Shown piece after piece: positions 33,992-46,053 of a stretch of DNA of 64,000 bases (within the stretch, counting starts at the first letter, position 1; each line of letters opens with the position of its first letter). The translations under genes were made by a program, and so were the position numbers. This stretch comes from Zootoca vivipara (Eukaryota): positions 67,518,001 through 67,582,000 of the forward strand of contig NC_083278.1 in assembly GCF_963506605.1 (NCBI RefSeq). The letters are read 5' to 3'. The notes under the pieces were generated by a model. That model did not search any database and had not been told where the DNA came from. It saw only the letters and a program-made list of their open reading frames with translations.

Positions 33992-36900
33992 TTAGTCTTC
34001 AATTGCTCCAGAATGAACTGCATCTTCATAGCATCCGCCTTTATCACCTTTACTTTCAGGGTGCAGCTTAATAACATCATCGATTCGAAGAATGGTAATT
34101 GCAGCTTCTGTTGCAAACTTCAGACTCTTTGTTTTAACCACAGTAGGCTCGAATACACCAGCCTGCTTGTTGTCACGTGGCTTTCCATTGATTAAATCAA
34201 GACCAATCCTTTAAAAACAAAGTTAATTGTTTTAGATAGGTACATAAACTTTAGACTATTGGTTTAATATTCACAGAGGGCTAACGTTTAATCCCAATTT
34301 TGTAACATTTTTTATACAGCGAGAGCAAGTCAACATTTAGCTCCTGTGCTCTTTCTCAAACTTTTATCCATTTTTGTCAACAATGTACCTGAACAAAGTA
34401 CACCACCAGAAAAATCTACCTTGGCAAAGCTGCTGTTACAGACACAGGGCTTAAGTCATTTTTTAAAGATGATTTGTATTTAATGCTGGCATATTAAGAC
34501 TAGAATTGAATGTTCGATAGCTTTATGTCATGACACCTACCATTTCAAGTTTTTGCGTTCTGGATTCACTTGAGCTTCATTGTGAAATGCCCTGAGTTTT
34601 GCAACAAGATCTATAGCATCTTGAGCAGCATTGACTGCTAAAGTGTTCGGAATAACCAGAAGCGACCTTGCAAATTCTGCAATAGCAAGCTGTTCACGTG
34701 ATCCCTAATTATAAAAGAATTATATATTAGCATTTCAGAACTGTAATGCAAAAGAACAATGCATTATTATCAATCAATAGTCTATTGTGCTAAAAGTTAG
34801 TTTAAGTGATTCCATAGAAGTATTCAAAATAAACCTACCCCTTTTTAAAATCAATCTAACGTTTAAAAATTCCCAATGCATCCTTCAACAATTATTAAGT
34901 GAATTATGGCTGCTCTCAACTGGAAAAAAACAACTCCAAAGCTACAATAAAACAAAGTTCACAGGGAGAAGTGTTTCCAAACATTTATTAACTAGAAACT
35001 TACCATGCTGGTTGCATAATTTTCTAGGTAAATAGAAAGCGCTGCTTCAACTGCGCCACCTCCTGGAACCACAGACTTTGACTCCAATACTCTCTTGACA
35101 ACACAAAGAGCATCATGCAAGGATCGCTCCATTTCATCACACATGAAGTCATTTGCCCCTCGTAATATAATGGCGGCGGTAGTCCGTGCCTTAGTACTGT
35201 TTCACAAAGACAAAGTGAAAGGTCCTTATTCCGGAGTTAGTTATCAAAACGTTTACTAGCTAATCTAACCAACCCTATTTAGCTATGTACGTAGTTAGCA
35301 ACAACTGAATTGTGTCCAGGTTTATCAAGAAAATTCATGGTCTCAAACTAATTACAGAGGACTGAAGATAATCTACCCCACACATATGCAGTAACTGCTC
35401 ACACAATTTAAAAGGCATCATGGCAGCTATCAAACAGGAAATTTCAAAAGATGTAGCAAAATACACTGGTGCCAATACTTTATGCAGGAGAATAATTCTT
35501 ACTTCTTGATTAAGATTAATTCATCATCACAAATTCTTTCTTGAACCACTTCTTCTGCTTGTCCTAGCATTGATGCCTCAAAAGTTTCTTCACCTTCCAG
35601 ATTTGCCAGGGTTGAACACAGAGTGGCTTATAAAAAAACAACACACAAACAAGGCCTTTAGTATGCTTCACAAAAGCCACTTTTATTTTGCCAAACAACC
35701 CCACTCAAATTTGGGTTTTTAAGGTCCAACAAGTGGCAGTAAGCAACGTGTTTCTATATATTTAACTTCAGTACTAACAAGACAAGCAAGCTGTGGTGTT
35801 AAGATTGAACGCTGAGAAGTCTGTAGTTACCTCCAGAAGCCTTAGCAATGCGTTTAAGATCTCTTTTTAGCACTCTGCGTACTCCCATGGCACCAGCATC
35901 CGCAAAGTATTTCAGACACATATCATCAATTCCACCAGTAGTCAAAACAACATTTGCGCCTGTGGCCAAAATCTTATGAATTTTCTCTTTAGTGATGTCA
36001 GACTCTCTGCATGAGAGAGTAGGTATGCATTAGTTAAACAGAAACAAACTCAAATATGAAATTAGTGGTCAAAAAGATAAAATACTCAATAAAACTAGCT
36101 GTGATTTAATATGCGATCTATCTTCCCAATTATATTAAAACCCATTTCATATAAAATGCTTTTCAGACATGCCTACAAAGCCTCTGCTAAAGATCTTTAA
36201 AGATCAAAAGTAGCATTTTGAAATGGTTTAGACGCCTGTGCAATTGACGTGATCATAATGCCCAGTCCCATATAAAAGCTTTGCAGATATATCTCAGATT
36301 AACTGCAGTTTCCAAACCATCTTCAAAGACAGCTCTACATACTAGACAATTGTCTCATTTGAAGGTTACCAGAACATGCATCACCACTATCACAGACAGG
36401 TTAATTAATAAAGTATACAACTTTTCCCATCCAAACCTAGCTGTCTAGCAATAGACAGAAGCAGAAGCCTGTGATATAGCTCAGTTAGTAAAGCTAAGAG
36501 TTCTATGCTCTCAAGGTTATGAGTTTAAGCCCCACATGGGACAAAAATATTCCTACATTGCAGGGAGTTGGACCTTTCCAACTCTACCATTCCATGATGC
36601 AAAGGTTGCTGGACCCTGCAAAAAGATGGAGCTACATCAGATGTAGCCCTACTGCAGCCTTTGTAAGGTGCCCACTAGGATGTTACGGGCACAGAGATAA
36701 TAAAAGTTGTAGTCAAAACGTCTGGAAGGCACCAGGTTGGAGAAGGCGATTCTACTGTTTTCAGTTATGGCACACAGTTACAAAGATTATGAAGCTCCTT
36801 ATGCAGGTAGATGAGGAAGCAAACTTGTGGGAAGGTAAACTGATTTAATGGATTTCAAATTAGCCGTGAGTTTAGATTCACACGTCAACACTTAATTAAA

Positions 36901-39900
36901 ATAAATCTGCTGCTACTCTTTATAATCAACTTGAATTGAGCATATTCTTTGCAAGAATAGTGATACAGTTTGGAACACACTGCTTCAAAATTCTTACGAT
37001 TCCGTATTTGGCCCTGGTTCTTTAAATAAACAGGTTTCACTATCTAAGACAAGCTTGAAACATCAACATGCATACTATCATTTTAGTTCAAAGTGTCCCC
37101 CCACAGCATACCTCTGCCTAATCTGGTCCAGTTTTTCAGGATCTGTGACTACGACCTGAACACCAAGCTTCATTTTAGTCTTCTGTAAGCTGAAGTCAAG
37201 ACATGCAATCTTTGCATTTACTATTCTCTTGGGCATACCTTTAAAAAGGAGAAAAAACATACCACACATCCTGGGTTGTTTATTAAAATACAGTATTTCA
37301 AAATTGTTTTTAAAAATCAAGTTAGGAATAAATTCTTTAAAATATTTGTGCTATTAGCAATTCTTGTAGCAAAGTTATTCACCAAAGACTCATTTTCCTG
37401 AAACCCACTCTGTTCATAAACCCTCTAGGCTAAATCAATGTCCATCCATTCAAATCATGCATTATTGGCTGATACACTTTTACACCACAAATCTTTAGAC
37501 ATCTACTAAAAAGCGAGTCCCACTAAATTCAGAGGGCTTAATACCAGGTATGAGGGTGCAGAATTGCAGCCTGAGACAGAAGAGGACCAAGAGTCTCCTA
37601 CAGCTTAATCTATTACTAATAATTCAAGCCCCCCACCCAATATTTAGTATCATACTTTCATGTTAAACAGAAGTGTTAACTATATTTTATGCCATCTATT
37701 AATACTTTAGGATTCCTCAGAAAAAGAAAGTGCATGTGTCTTTACTGCTAACACAAAACTGAGATCACTGTATTGCTTTGTTGATAAGAATGTGACCTTA
37801 CTTTGGGAGCCCACAATACAGTTCAACGCATAGCCATTTACAAGAATGCTCTCTTTCTGACTGCGACCATGTGCCTTCAAAACGTTAATGGAGTTGATGG
37901 GATAATGTGCTTGCCCTTTTGAATCTGTGTATTTTACTGCAAGTGCAGCATCCACTACCATGTTGGCAAAGAAGTCACTGTCACTATAAGAGCACTGTTA
38001 AGGAGAATAGGAGCAGTAGAGTCTCTATTAAATTTACTGCACATTTCACATTAAAAAGACATTAGTCATACCTTGGGTTACAGACGCTTCAGGTTGCGTG
38101 TTATTGGGTTGCGTACCGCGCCGAACCCGGAAGTACTGGAATGGGTTACTTCTGGGTTTCAGCGCTTTGCGCATGCACAGAAGCGCTGAATCACAACCCA
38201 CGCATGCGCAGATGTGACGCTGCGGTTGTGAACTTGCCTTCCGCACGGATCACGTTCGCAACCCGAGCAGCCAAGAGGATTTCATAGGAGCTAAGACTAA
38301 TGTTATTATACAGATGTGAGTTCTCTGGAAAGACATTCTTAAAAGAATGCCAATGAGGCATAATGGCAGGATTAGACCATGCCTTTATGCCTCCCCCACT
38401 ACATATCTAAGAAAAAATGCCATTTTTCTCTTAAAGGTAGCACTCAATACTTTGTTTCCACAAACTGAAAGGATACATTCCAATGATTTTGGAGGACATT
38501 GATGTTTTAGCTGCATTAATAAGGCAGTCCCTGCCCAGCTCATCTGAGTTAATAACAAGGTTCTCATTGATGTATCGAACTGCCTCCCTGTTGAATAAAA
38601 ACACAATTTTTACAAGGTAGTTATGATTTAATTTTAATACTCTCAATGCTGTGACTACTTATAGAAATTATAACATTAACAGTAATTTCATCTCTTTGAA
38701 AATGGAATAAAGGCTGAAAATGAATTGTTTCCTTCAATGGCCAGCCATCATTCCAAGGGTGGCTTATGAAACAGTTTTAAAATACTACGCAACATATAAA
38801 CCAAGCTGAACCCAGCAAATAAAATGCAACCTGGATCAATGAGCTTAATCACAGCAACCTAAGACTGCCATCCTATGATGGGTTAGAGGGTGTGCGAGGG
38901 CCATAGACAGAATTGATCTCCTACACCTGCAGAAGGAGGCTGATCGTCTCAAATCTCCTTCTGCAGGTGCAACAACCTCTACCATACTTGCTGCTCTGAC
39001 AGCGGTTAAAGACAAAAATGTGGTCCTGCAAGCTTGTGAAATAGAGGACATTTGAATCAGTCCTGTGTACACCCAGACGGCAGACACACACAGATGGGAC
39101 TTAGTCCAATTACACCTGGAAAGCATCAGGTTAGCAAATGCTGACACATAAAGCCAATGGCAGCTGTTCTGCCAATGTATCTCTCCTTACCTTCAGCATA
39201 AATTGCATATATGAGTGGCCTGCCAATGTTAAAAACCCTGGATAAATTAAGTCTTTGCCTTGTGTCAAAAGGATAGCAAAGTGAGAGCCAGCTGAGGCTC
39301 CCTGCCAAGGACATTCCACATACAGCATAACACCAATGCTCTTTCCCTACTTGCCACCCACCTTTCTTGTGATGGCTGGGGCCGTTAAATGTGATGTCAC
39401 TGAGGCAAAATAACACGTTGCCCTAAACTTCAAATCTTAAGATTCAACAAAACTTTAACAGAGAAGGTTGAAATTGCTCAGCAGTAGATTTCACCACAAG
39501 TTTTCTTACTTGCAAGCGAGACGATATCCGCTAATGACGGAAGTGGGATGAATTTTCTGTTTAACCAACTCATCTGCATTTTTCAAAAGTTCTGCAGCAA
39601 TGATCACCTGTTTGTTAGAAACAATAGAGACACGATTTAACAATATGCAAGCTATTCTGTGAAAAAAAATACAGCATATTCAAGGCATAAACTTAATGAA
39701 AAAAGAATGATGGTCTTAATGTGATAAGTTCATTCTCTTTAGCAGATAGAAAGTATCATTTGAAGGTCACACTTCTTGCTGGCTCTGGACCATTAAATTA
39801 AATTTCACATCCTTTCTACTCTTTCCAAGATTCTATGGCTTAAGAGGACTTGGCGCTGGCCTGGCACGGTTGCCCTAGCTTATCCTGTCCGCCACTGCAA

Positions 39901-42900
39901 ACAGCAGCAGCTTTTGCTGTATGGGGCCCACTTTCTTTCATAGCCTGGGAGCTGAGTTCTCACCCCAAGTCCATGGCTGCAATGTCTTCCTCCTCCTCTG
40001 CAAAAGATAAGCACTTGAGAATACCTAGTGTCTATGTGAGGGAGACATATCCTATCAGATGTGTGCTCCTTAAGAACCACATGTATCTGTCCAAAAACCT
40101 GACCCCCAACTAGCCCTGGGTAGGTGGAAGTGACAAGGTAGAGAAGTAAAAAAAAAAGCCTGTAGATTACAATGCAAGGATAAACATAGCTCAGTATATG
40201 CCAGTTGCCTTGTGGCAAGCAGGACCAGAAACTGGGTGAAGAAACAGAAGGCTCTTAATGCATAACAGCATCACTATTCATTTGCTTCCTATCCAATTTT
40301 GACACAGTTCTAATACCCTATCAGTAATAACCAACCAACTCAACATGGCTTGTCCCAAAGGGATTTAAAGAGACTGGCGTATGCCATGAGATGCGCCTGG
40401 CTACAGAAATGGAATCCAAATATGGTCCAAGAATTGTATTTGTTGGTTCTCTTGCTGGGTGGGGCAGACATTAACAACTGCAGTGCTTTTCCAGGCAAAT
40501 CTTTCAAAAAGGAAGTTGCTACTTTTGCTTGCTGGGGGATGGGGGAATGATGGCCCCATTTTGTTTCCTTTGTAGGTGGTTACTTCTGGCTACTGCCAAA
40601 GCAGGCAGATAAAAACTAAGGTTTGTTCTCATGTCATTGTGAGAAGTTACTGGGTTCTTTGTGTAAATCACTGTGTGCACGTGGATGAAAAAAAAAATGA
40701 ATAAACATCTTTCAGAGTGCAGAAGAGAGTACAGTGGTACCTCGGTTTGCGACCGCAATCCGTTCCGTGGAGGCAGTCGCTCGCCGAAGGCACGCTTCTG
40801 CACGTAGCGCTGATAGAGCGCTTCTGTGCAGATCGTGTCTGCGCATTCAACGCCCCGGAACCCGGATGTAAACACTTCCAGGTCCGTGGCGGTTGCTCGC
40901 CGAAGCAGTTGCAAACACGAGGTAGACGTAAACCGAGGTTTGACTGTATACTCATCCCTATGCTGTACTGATACTGGAATAGCTAATGCAGTCCCAAAAA
41001 CTTTCTTCTTCTGCCTCAAGCTACTCCATCTTTTAAATGCACCACGCCCTAACACGAACTTGCAAGAAAGAATAATGCTTCTGACAGTAAAGTGTAACAG
41101 GTGTGTTTTCTTTGATATCTAATGTTGCAGCTCCTCTGGCACTAGGGATGTCTGTGTGTGCAACTGGTCTTCCTCTTCGTCTCGTATGCCTCTAGCCTGC
41201 CGTGTGCCCTCAAAATCAACTCTAGAGGATTGGAGGACCTTCCAGAGTAGATTCTAGAGGTGCAAGAGGGGAGGAAGAAAGGAAACCTAAGTGCTACTGC
41301 ACCAGTGGAACCTTGCTAGTGCAACATTAGATACAGCCCAAGATCTTTTATAGGAGCGCCTCCACCCCCATCATTCAGCCCAGACACTGATGTCCAGCTC
41401 CGAGGGCCTTCTGCAGTTCCCTCCCTAAAAAAGTGAGGTTACAGGGAACCAGGCAGAGGGCCTTCTTGGTAGTGGCACCCGCCCAGTGGAACACCCTCCC
41501 ATCAGATATCAAGGAAATAAACAACTATCTGACTTTTAGAAGACATCTGAAGGCAGCCCTGTTCAGGGAAGTTTTTATTGTTTGATGTTTTATCGTGTTT
41601 ATAATTTTCTGTTGGGAGCCACCCAGAGTGGTTGGGGAAACCCAGCCAGATGGGCAGGTTATAAATAATAAATTATTATAGTCCTAATTCAAACACATTA
41701 AGCCGGCGTATGTAATTTTTTTAACTGTGTATCAAGTCTGTGTTAATTCTGGTAGGCTTGACAGGTTGATTGAGCATACTTTGTTTTGACAACAACAAAT
41801 GAACTAATACTGTAATCCTTTATGTGAAACAGGCTTTTATAAAATAGGCTAAGGAATAAATAGACATAGCAACCCTAACATTAAATGGTTGCAGTATTTT
41901 TTAAAAATCAATACAAGAAGTTACTTTATTATGTATCTAAAATAAATCATATATATGCTGTTTAGATTTCAAAGCAGACCTGAGTGGGACAGCACAGAAC
42001 AGTATAGTGCTCCCAGCTTTTTCAGTGCACATGAATCTACAAACATACACATACCACAGAGGTGGTCCCATCTCCAACTTCTTTGTCTTGTAGCTCTGCC
42101 AGTTCACACAGAACTTTTGCCGCAGGATGCTCTACCTCCAGCAATTTCAGAATAGTTGCACCATCATTTGTAATGGTCACATCCTAATATTTCAGACACA
42201 CAAATAATTAAATGATTGCTAACATTAATCATAATTATGAAATATAATTATGCAAATAATCATAAAGAATTGCTTAAGGGCCCCTAGTTTTGGACTAACA
42301 TTTCTAGCTGTCAGAAAATGTGGCTGCCAAGTTCCTGTTCCTTTCTCTTCCCATCTACCTTGGCAGAGGAAAGTGCCCCTGTCCAACATCAGCCAAGGAA
42401 GCACCCCCCCCCCAATTTTCCTGAGGGAAGGACAGGCTGGGAGCACGTCACCTTTGGCTGACCCTCAACATACAGTATCAGCACTAAGCAGTCAAGAAGC
42501 CTACCCTGTTTTTTGTTGCACGTTTTACCAAGCAGAAACCAAACAAGACCCCACTTCATTTTTCTGCTTCAGAGCAGTTGGCGAGCTTACTGGTTTGGTC
42601 CTGCACACTCTGGTCATATAACTACCAAATAACTTCCAGCTTTCCTTTCAGTGTTGGAGCTGCTAGGAGTACAGGGATAGCTGTGTAGCTTCAAAGTGAG
42701 GATGAAGCTTCAAAGTGAGGATGGAGACTGGTTGCTTTTTACTCTCACTACGATGAGCCGAAGTGTTGAAGCCTAGACTTGCTGTCACTGCTTCCACCAG
42801 TCTTAATTAAGTGCCCATATTCTGCAAGGCTGCTGAGAATGGGTAACTGAATTAGCATGTACAGGGTGAGTTGTTTAAAAGAGGCCCCGTGGAACATGTA

Positions 42901-45900
42901 TACTCTGTATCCACGGGGCTTCTTTTAAATGACTCATCCTGTATATTTATCCAATTCTGTTTTAAGCCAAACCCTTGTGACCAACAAGTTATGGAAATTA
43001 TTTGAGTACAGTAAATAGAATTATTTCATATATTACAATACAAATTAAAAGATAAGCAAGACAAGTAAGATTAAGTGATTAAAAATATTTGCCATAAGAA
43101 AACAAAAGGCTGCAATCCTATCTACATTTACAAGTAAATCCCTAATGCAATGGCTTCTGAATACATATGCATGGGAATGGGCTGTAAAATATTAAATATT
43201 TACTTATGCTTATTTAACACACATCATTGTTAAAAAGCTAGTGGCCAAATGGCTCCTTAAACCAAGGTTAGTTGCCAAAACAGAATGTCCAGTTGCCATT
43301 TTGGGGCAAGATGGTTCGAAAATCTTATTTTTCAAATGATGGACTGACTGTGATTGTGATTGATTCTCTGTTAAACATCTGGCTAGCTCAGATGACCCCC
43401 TTGAGCTACCGGTAGGTTAAGAACTTTGAGAACTTGACGTTGTTCACTGCTCCTGCTCAAGCTGCACAGAAAAAGCACTTTGGTTACTGAATTTAATTCT
43501 GATTGTGCAAATAAACTATAACTGATGAAATTCTACAGAATGGGGTATTAGTGTGTGAAAACGGTCCGGGTGCAATGATCCCCAGGCATGCACCTCCAGA
43601 TGGAGATGTCAGGCGCCATCCTGGTGCTCAGCCATCTTTACTTGGTCTTAAGTGGCCAATAGCCAGGTACAAAAAGTGCAAATTTTGAACACTGACACAT
43701 TTAAAAGCATGTTTACGGTAACTCAGGATAATTTTATAGACTTACTGGAAGACGTATCTGGGTTGCACAGTGCACTTTTCTCTTAAAAATTACTCATAGA
43801 AAATAGTGTCTACTTACACCAATGTCATCCACCAACATTTTATCCAAGCCAACTGGGCCAAGAGAACTCTTCACAATATTGGCAATGGAAGCAGCAGCCA
43901 TAACTGTTCAGAAAAAGAGATACATTTCCCTCTCAAATGGCGCCAAGAGTTTTTCTTAAAACAACAGGTTATGTGATACAGATGCTACCATATACACACT
44001 TATTTAAATCAAATCCTTTTAGAAAAGTAGTTAATTCTGGTTACGAAAACCAAACTTAATACTTTGTTTAGTATTAACTATAGTAATACTGTACCTCAAT
44101 GTTATTTGTACATGGTTTGAGCGGGGGAACAAGTGTTTTGCCGAGAACCTCTAATATGAATGAGAACCTCCACAAGTAGGCTCCATCCAGTTTTTCACAA
44201 GGAATGGACCAGACAAGCAGAGTTTGTACCGTTTCTCCGAAAATAAGACATACCCATTAAATAAGCCATAGCAGGATTTCTAAGCATTTGCGCAATATAA
44301 GCCATACCCCGAAAATAAGACATAGTGATAGGCACAGTTCTGGAGGGCGCCAAAGAATAAGACATCCCCTGAAAATAAGCCACTGGTTTTTTTTTGAGGA
44401 AACATATAAGACGGTGTCTTATTTTTCGAGAAACACGGGTAATAGCCATTTTCTAGTGTAAGCATAGATCCATTATAACAGTTCCATGCACAGTATGTCT
44501 AAATGTTCTCAGGCTCATGTGCACAGCTTGAACCAGTCCTACAAGCAATTAAGTACATTCGATATCTTTGTAATACTATGTTCTGCCATTTAATATAGGA
44601 GGAAGACAGTGTTCATTCTTCTCCTTCAGACTATGGCAGGCTTTTCTTTATCCCATAAGCATAACCTCTTATTTGGTAATGCAAATAAGTGGCAGTAGAA
44701 TGGGAAGAGTCCAACTTCTATCTGGACACAGATTCTAAATAAACTTGTACCTGAGCTTGGGGGATTAGCTATATATTTTAATTCAATAGATTAAATACAG
44801 TTTATAATGTTATAAATATGCACAATAAGGCTAAAACATGTTTTTAAAACCAATAGAATTTGCTGTATCAAAGATTATAAAGCCACCTCTCACCACAGAT
44901 AAACCAAATGCCTGCATAAACATATCTATGCAAGGTCTTAATGGAGAAGGGAAGACAATGCTGATCAGGGTTTTTAAGTTCCCCTCTACTTGTTACATCA
45001 TCTACCAATACTTGGGATTTTATGTAAAATGAGAAAAACACAGGTAACTTTTAGCTTAAAACTATATTCACTAGCCTAATCCTATAGTCACTAATGATTT
45101 TTAAAAAATAATAACCTATTCAGCAGTTTATGATTATAACACTTCTTAAAAGAAAATGTGGTTTCAACGATGTCGTGCAAGATAACACTAGTACAGATTT
45201 TAAATGACATTATTTTGAACTAATGGAATTAGATCAACTGATCACAAGTTAAGATTCTCTTGTGAGCATTACACTCTGACAGAACTCTTAACCCATGGAA
45301 CCATGTGAAATTGAAAATTACATTCAAATTTAATGTTTTAATTACAAATTAGCATCAATAATTATTCTTTTTGTGGTTCTCCTTTGAAATTCCTGAAACG
45401 TATTTTTTCAATCGATTAAATTTCCTACTGGAATAGGAGTGTGCTGAGAATACCGATATCATGGCATGGTTTCTCATAAATCCTCAATGCATCCAAATCG
45501 GGCTTAGCAATGTGGCTAACCAAAGAGCCAAGCTTCGAAAGCGAGCCCTGCCATATAAGGAAGCGAACTGCGCCCCCCCCCGTCATTGAGCCGCCAATTC
45601 TCGCGGGTGCTGACGGAAAAGGAGCGGCTCCATTGCATATGGAAGAAGCGAATTATTCCACGAACGCGAGACCCGAGGCGTGGCTAGAGCAAAGAGGACT
45701 TGATCAAGTAGCTCTGCTTGATCCTCCCGACAGATCTCTCCCCCTCTCTAGAGGCTCAAGAAAGGGATGCCTGTGGGCCATCTCAACGTTCGCCGCCTTG
45801 CCTAAAGGCCGCCCCGTTCTCTGCGCGCCCGTTAAACGCAGGAGAGCCGGTTCCGCCTTACACGCACGCGCGCCCCATCAGCCCGCGGCGCTAGCGGAGG

Positions 45901-46053
45901 CGAAGCCACCGTTAGACTCCTGAGAGGGTTTCGGAAGGCCCCGAAGAAATTATTGGTCATTCCTTCTTTCGTTTTCTTTTTACCGTTCTGCGTGCGGACA
46001 TGCTCGCCGGTGCCCCGCTCTCCGAAAACCGCCAAAGGCCCGTCGAACGCCAT
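33992..46053 (-). CDS. TCP1: T-complex protein 1 subunit alpha (CCT1 chaperonin), 12 exons, 558 aa
   Basis: Minus exons: 46053-45984, 43903-43818, 42183-42055, 39607-39510, 38587-38477, 37983-37802, 37238-37112, 36006-35831, 35626-35503, 35196-35004, 34704-34541, 34208-33992 = 1677 nt. Chaperonin motifs: [34 protein letters not shown]. Ends ...AVHSGAIED*. Confidence 0.98.
35308..35441 (-). ncRNA. SNORA20: H/ACA snoRNA, SNORA20-like, in TCP1 intron 9
   Basis: Two-hairpin layout: 5' hairpin TTTCCTGTTTGATAGCTGC...GAGCAGTTA...GGGGT, H box AGATTA (35374-35369), ACA+3 nt (35313-35308), length about 134 nt. Resembles recalled human SNORA20, which is hosted in TCP1. Confidence 0.8.
37984..38476 (-). 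other. U12-type (minor spliceosome) GT-AG intron, TCP1 intron 5
   Basis: 5' splice site GTATCCTTT (38476-38468) and branch point TCCTTAAC (38004-37997), about 11 nt before the AG, with no long pyrimidine tract. This is the canonical U12 consensus. Confidence 0.93.
38064..38272. mobile_element. Tigger-like MITE inside the U12 intron
   Basis: GGGTTACAGACGCTTCAGGTT...GCAACCCGAG is related to the 19383 and 40732 elements. Ends are degenerate. Confidence 0.65.
40732..40946. mobile_element. Tigger-like MITE in TCP1 intron 3
   Basis: TA-CAGTGGTACCTCGGTTT...AAACCGAGGTTTGACTG-TA, with a CpG-rich interior. Confidence 0.8.
41350..41680 (+). mobile_element. LINE (L2-like) 3' end
   Basis: Ends CCCAGAGTGGTTGGGGAAACCCAGCCAGATGGGC...ATAAATAATAAA. 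Related tails lie at 52790-53130, 53400-53800 and 61790-61895. Confidence 0.7.
42862..42941. mobile_element. 80-bp mariner-type palindromic MITE
   Basis: TA-CAGGGTGAGTTGTTTAAAAGAGGCCCCGTGGA...TCCACGGGGCTTCTTTTAAATGACTCATCCTG-TA. Confidence 0.8.
44229..44439. mobile_element. Short internal-deletion derivative (MITE) of the same family as 2801-4123, opposite orientation
   Basis: Both ends match the two ends of 2801-4123 (ATAGCAGGATTTCTAAGCA, GAAAATAAGCCAC, AAGACGGTGTCTT, GAGAAACACGG). TA flanks. Confidence 0.8.
44576..44707 (-). ncRNA. SNORA29: H/ACA snoRNA, SNORA29-like, in TCP1 intron 1
   Basis: CTTCCCATTCTACTGCCAC...GGTTATGCTTATGGGAT, H box AAAGAA (44649-44644), GCCATAGTCTGAAGGAG...CTCC...ATGGCAGA, ACA+TAG at the 3' end; 132 nt. 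Both hairpins resemble recalled human SNORA29, which is hosted in TCP1. Confidence 0.8.

Noticed and set aside
36205-36330. Possible snoRNA in TCP1 intron 7 (GCTTTTATATGGGAC resemblance)
   Set aside because: No properly placed H or ACA boxes and no two-hairpin fold.
36470-36600. tRNA-like sequence (TAGCTCAGTTAGTAAAGC...GAGTTTAAGCCCCAC)
   Set aside because: Degenerate B box, no clean cloverleaf, and followed by a CR1-like tail. It is a tRNA-derived SINE; a similar remnant lies near 16130-16220.
40519-41122. 178-aa and overlapping ORFs in TCP1 intron 3
   Set aside because: They run through a Tigger-like MITE and show no transposase or other motif.
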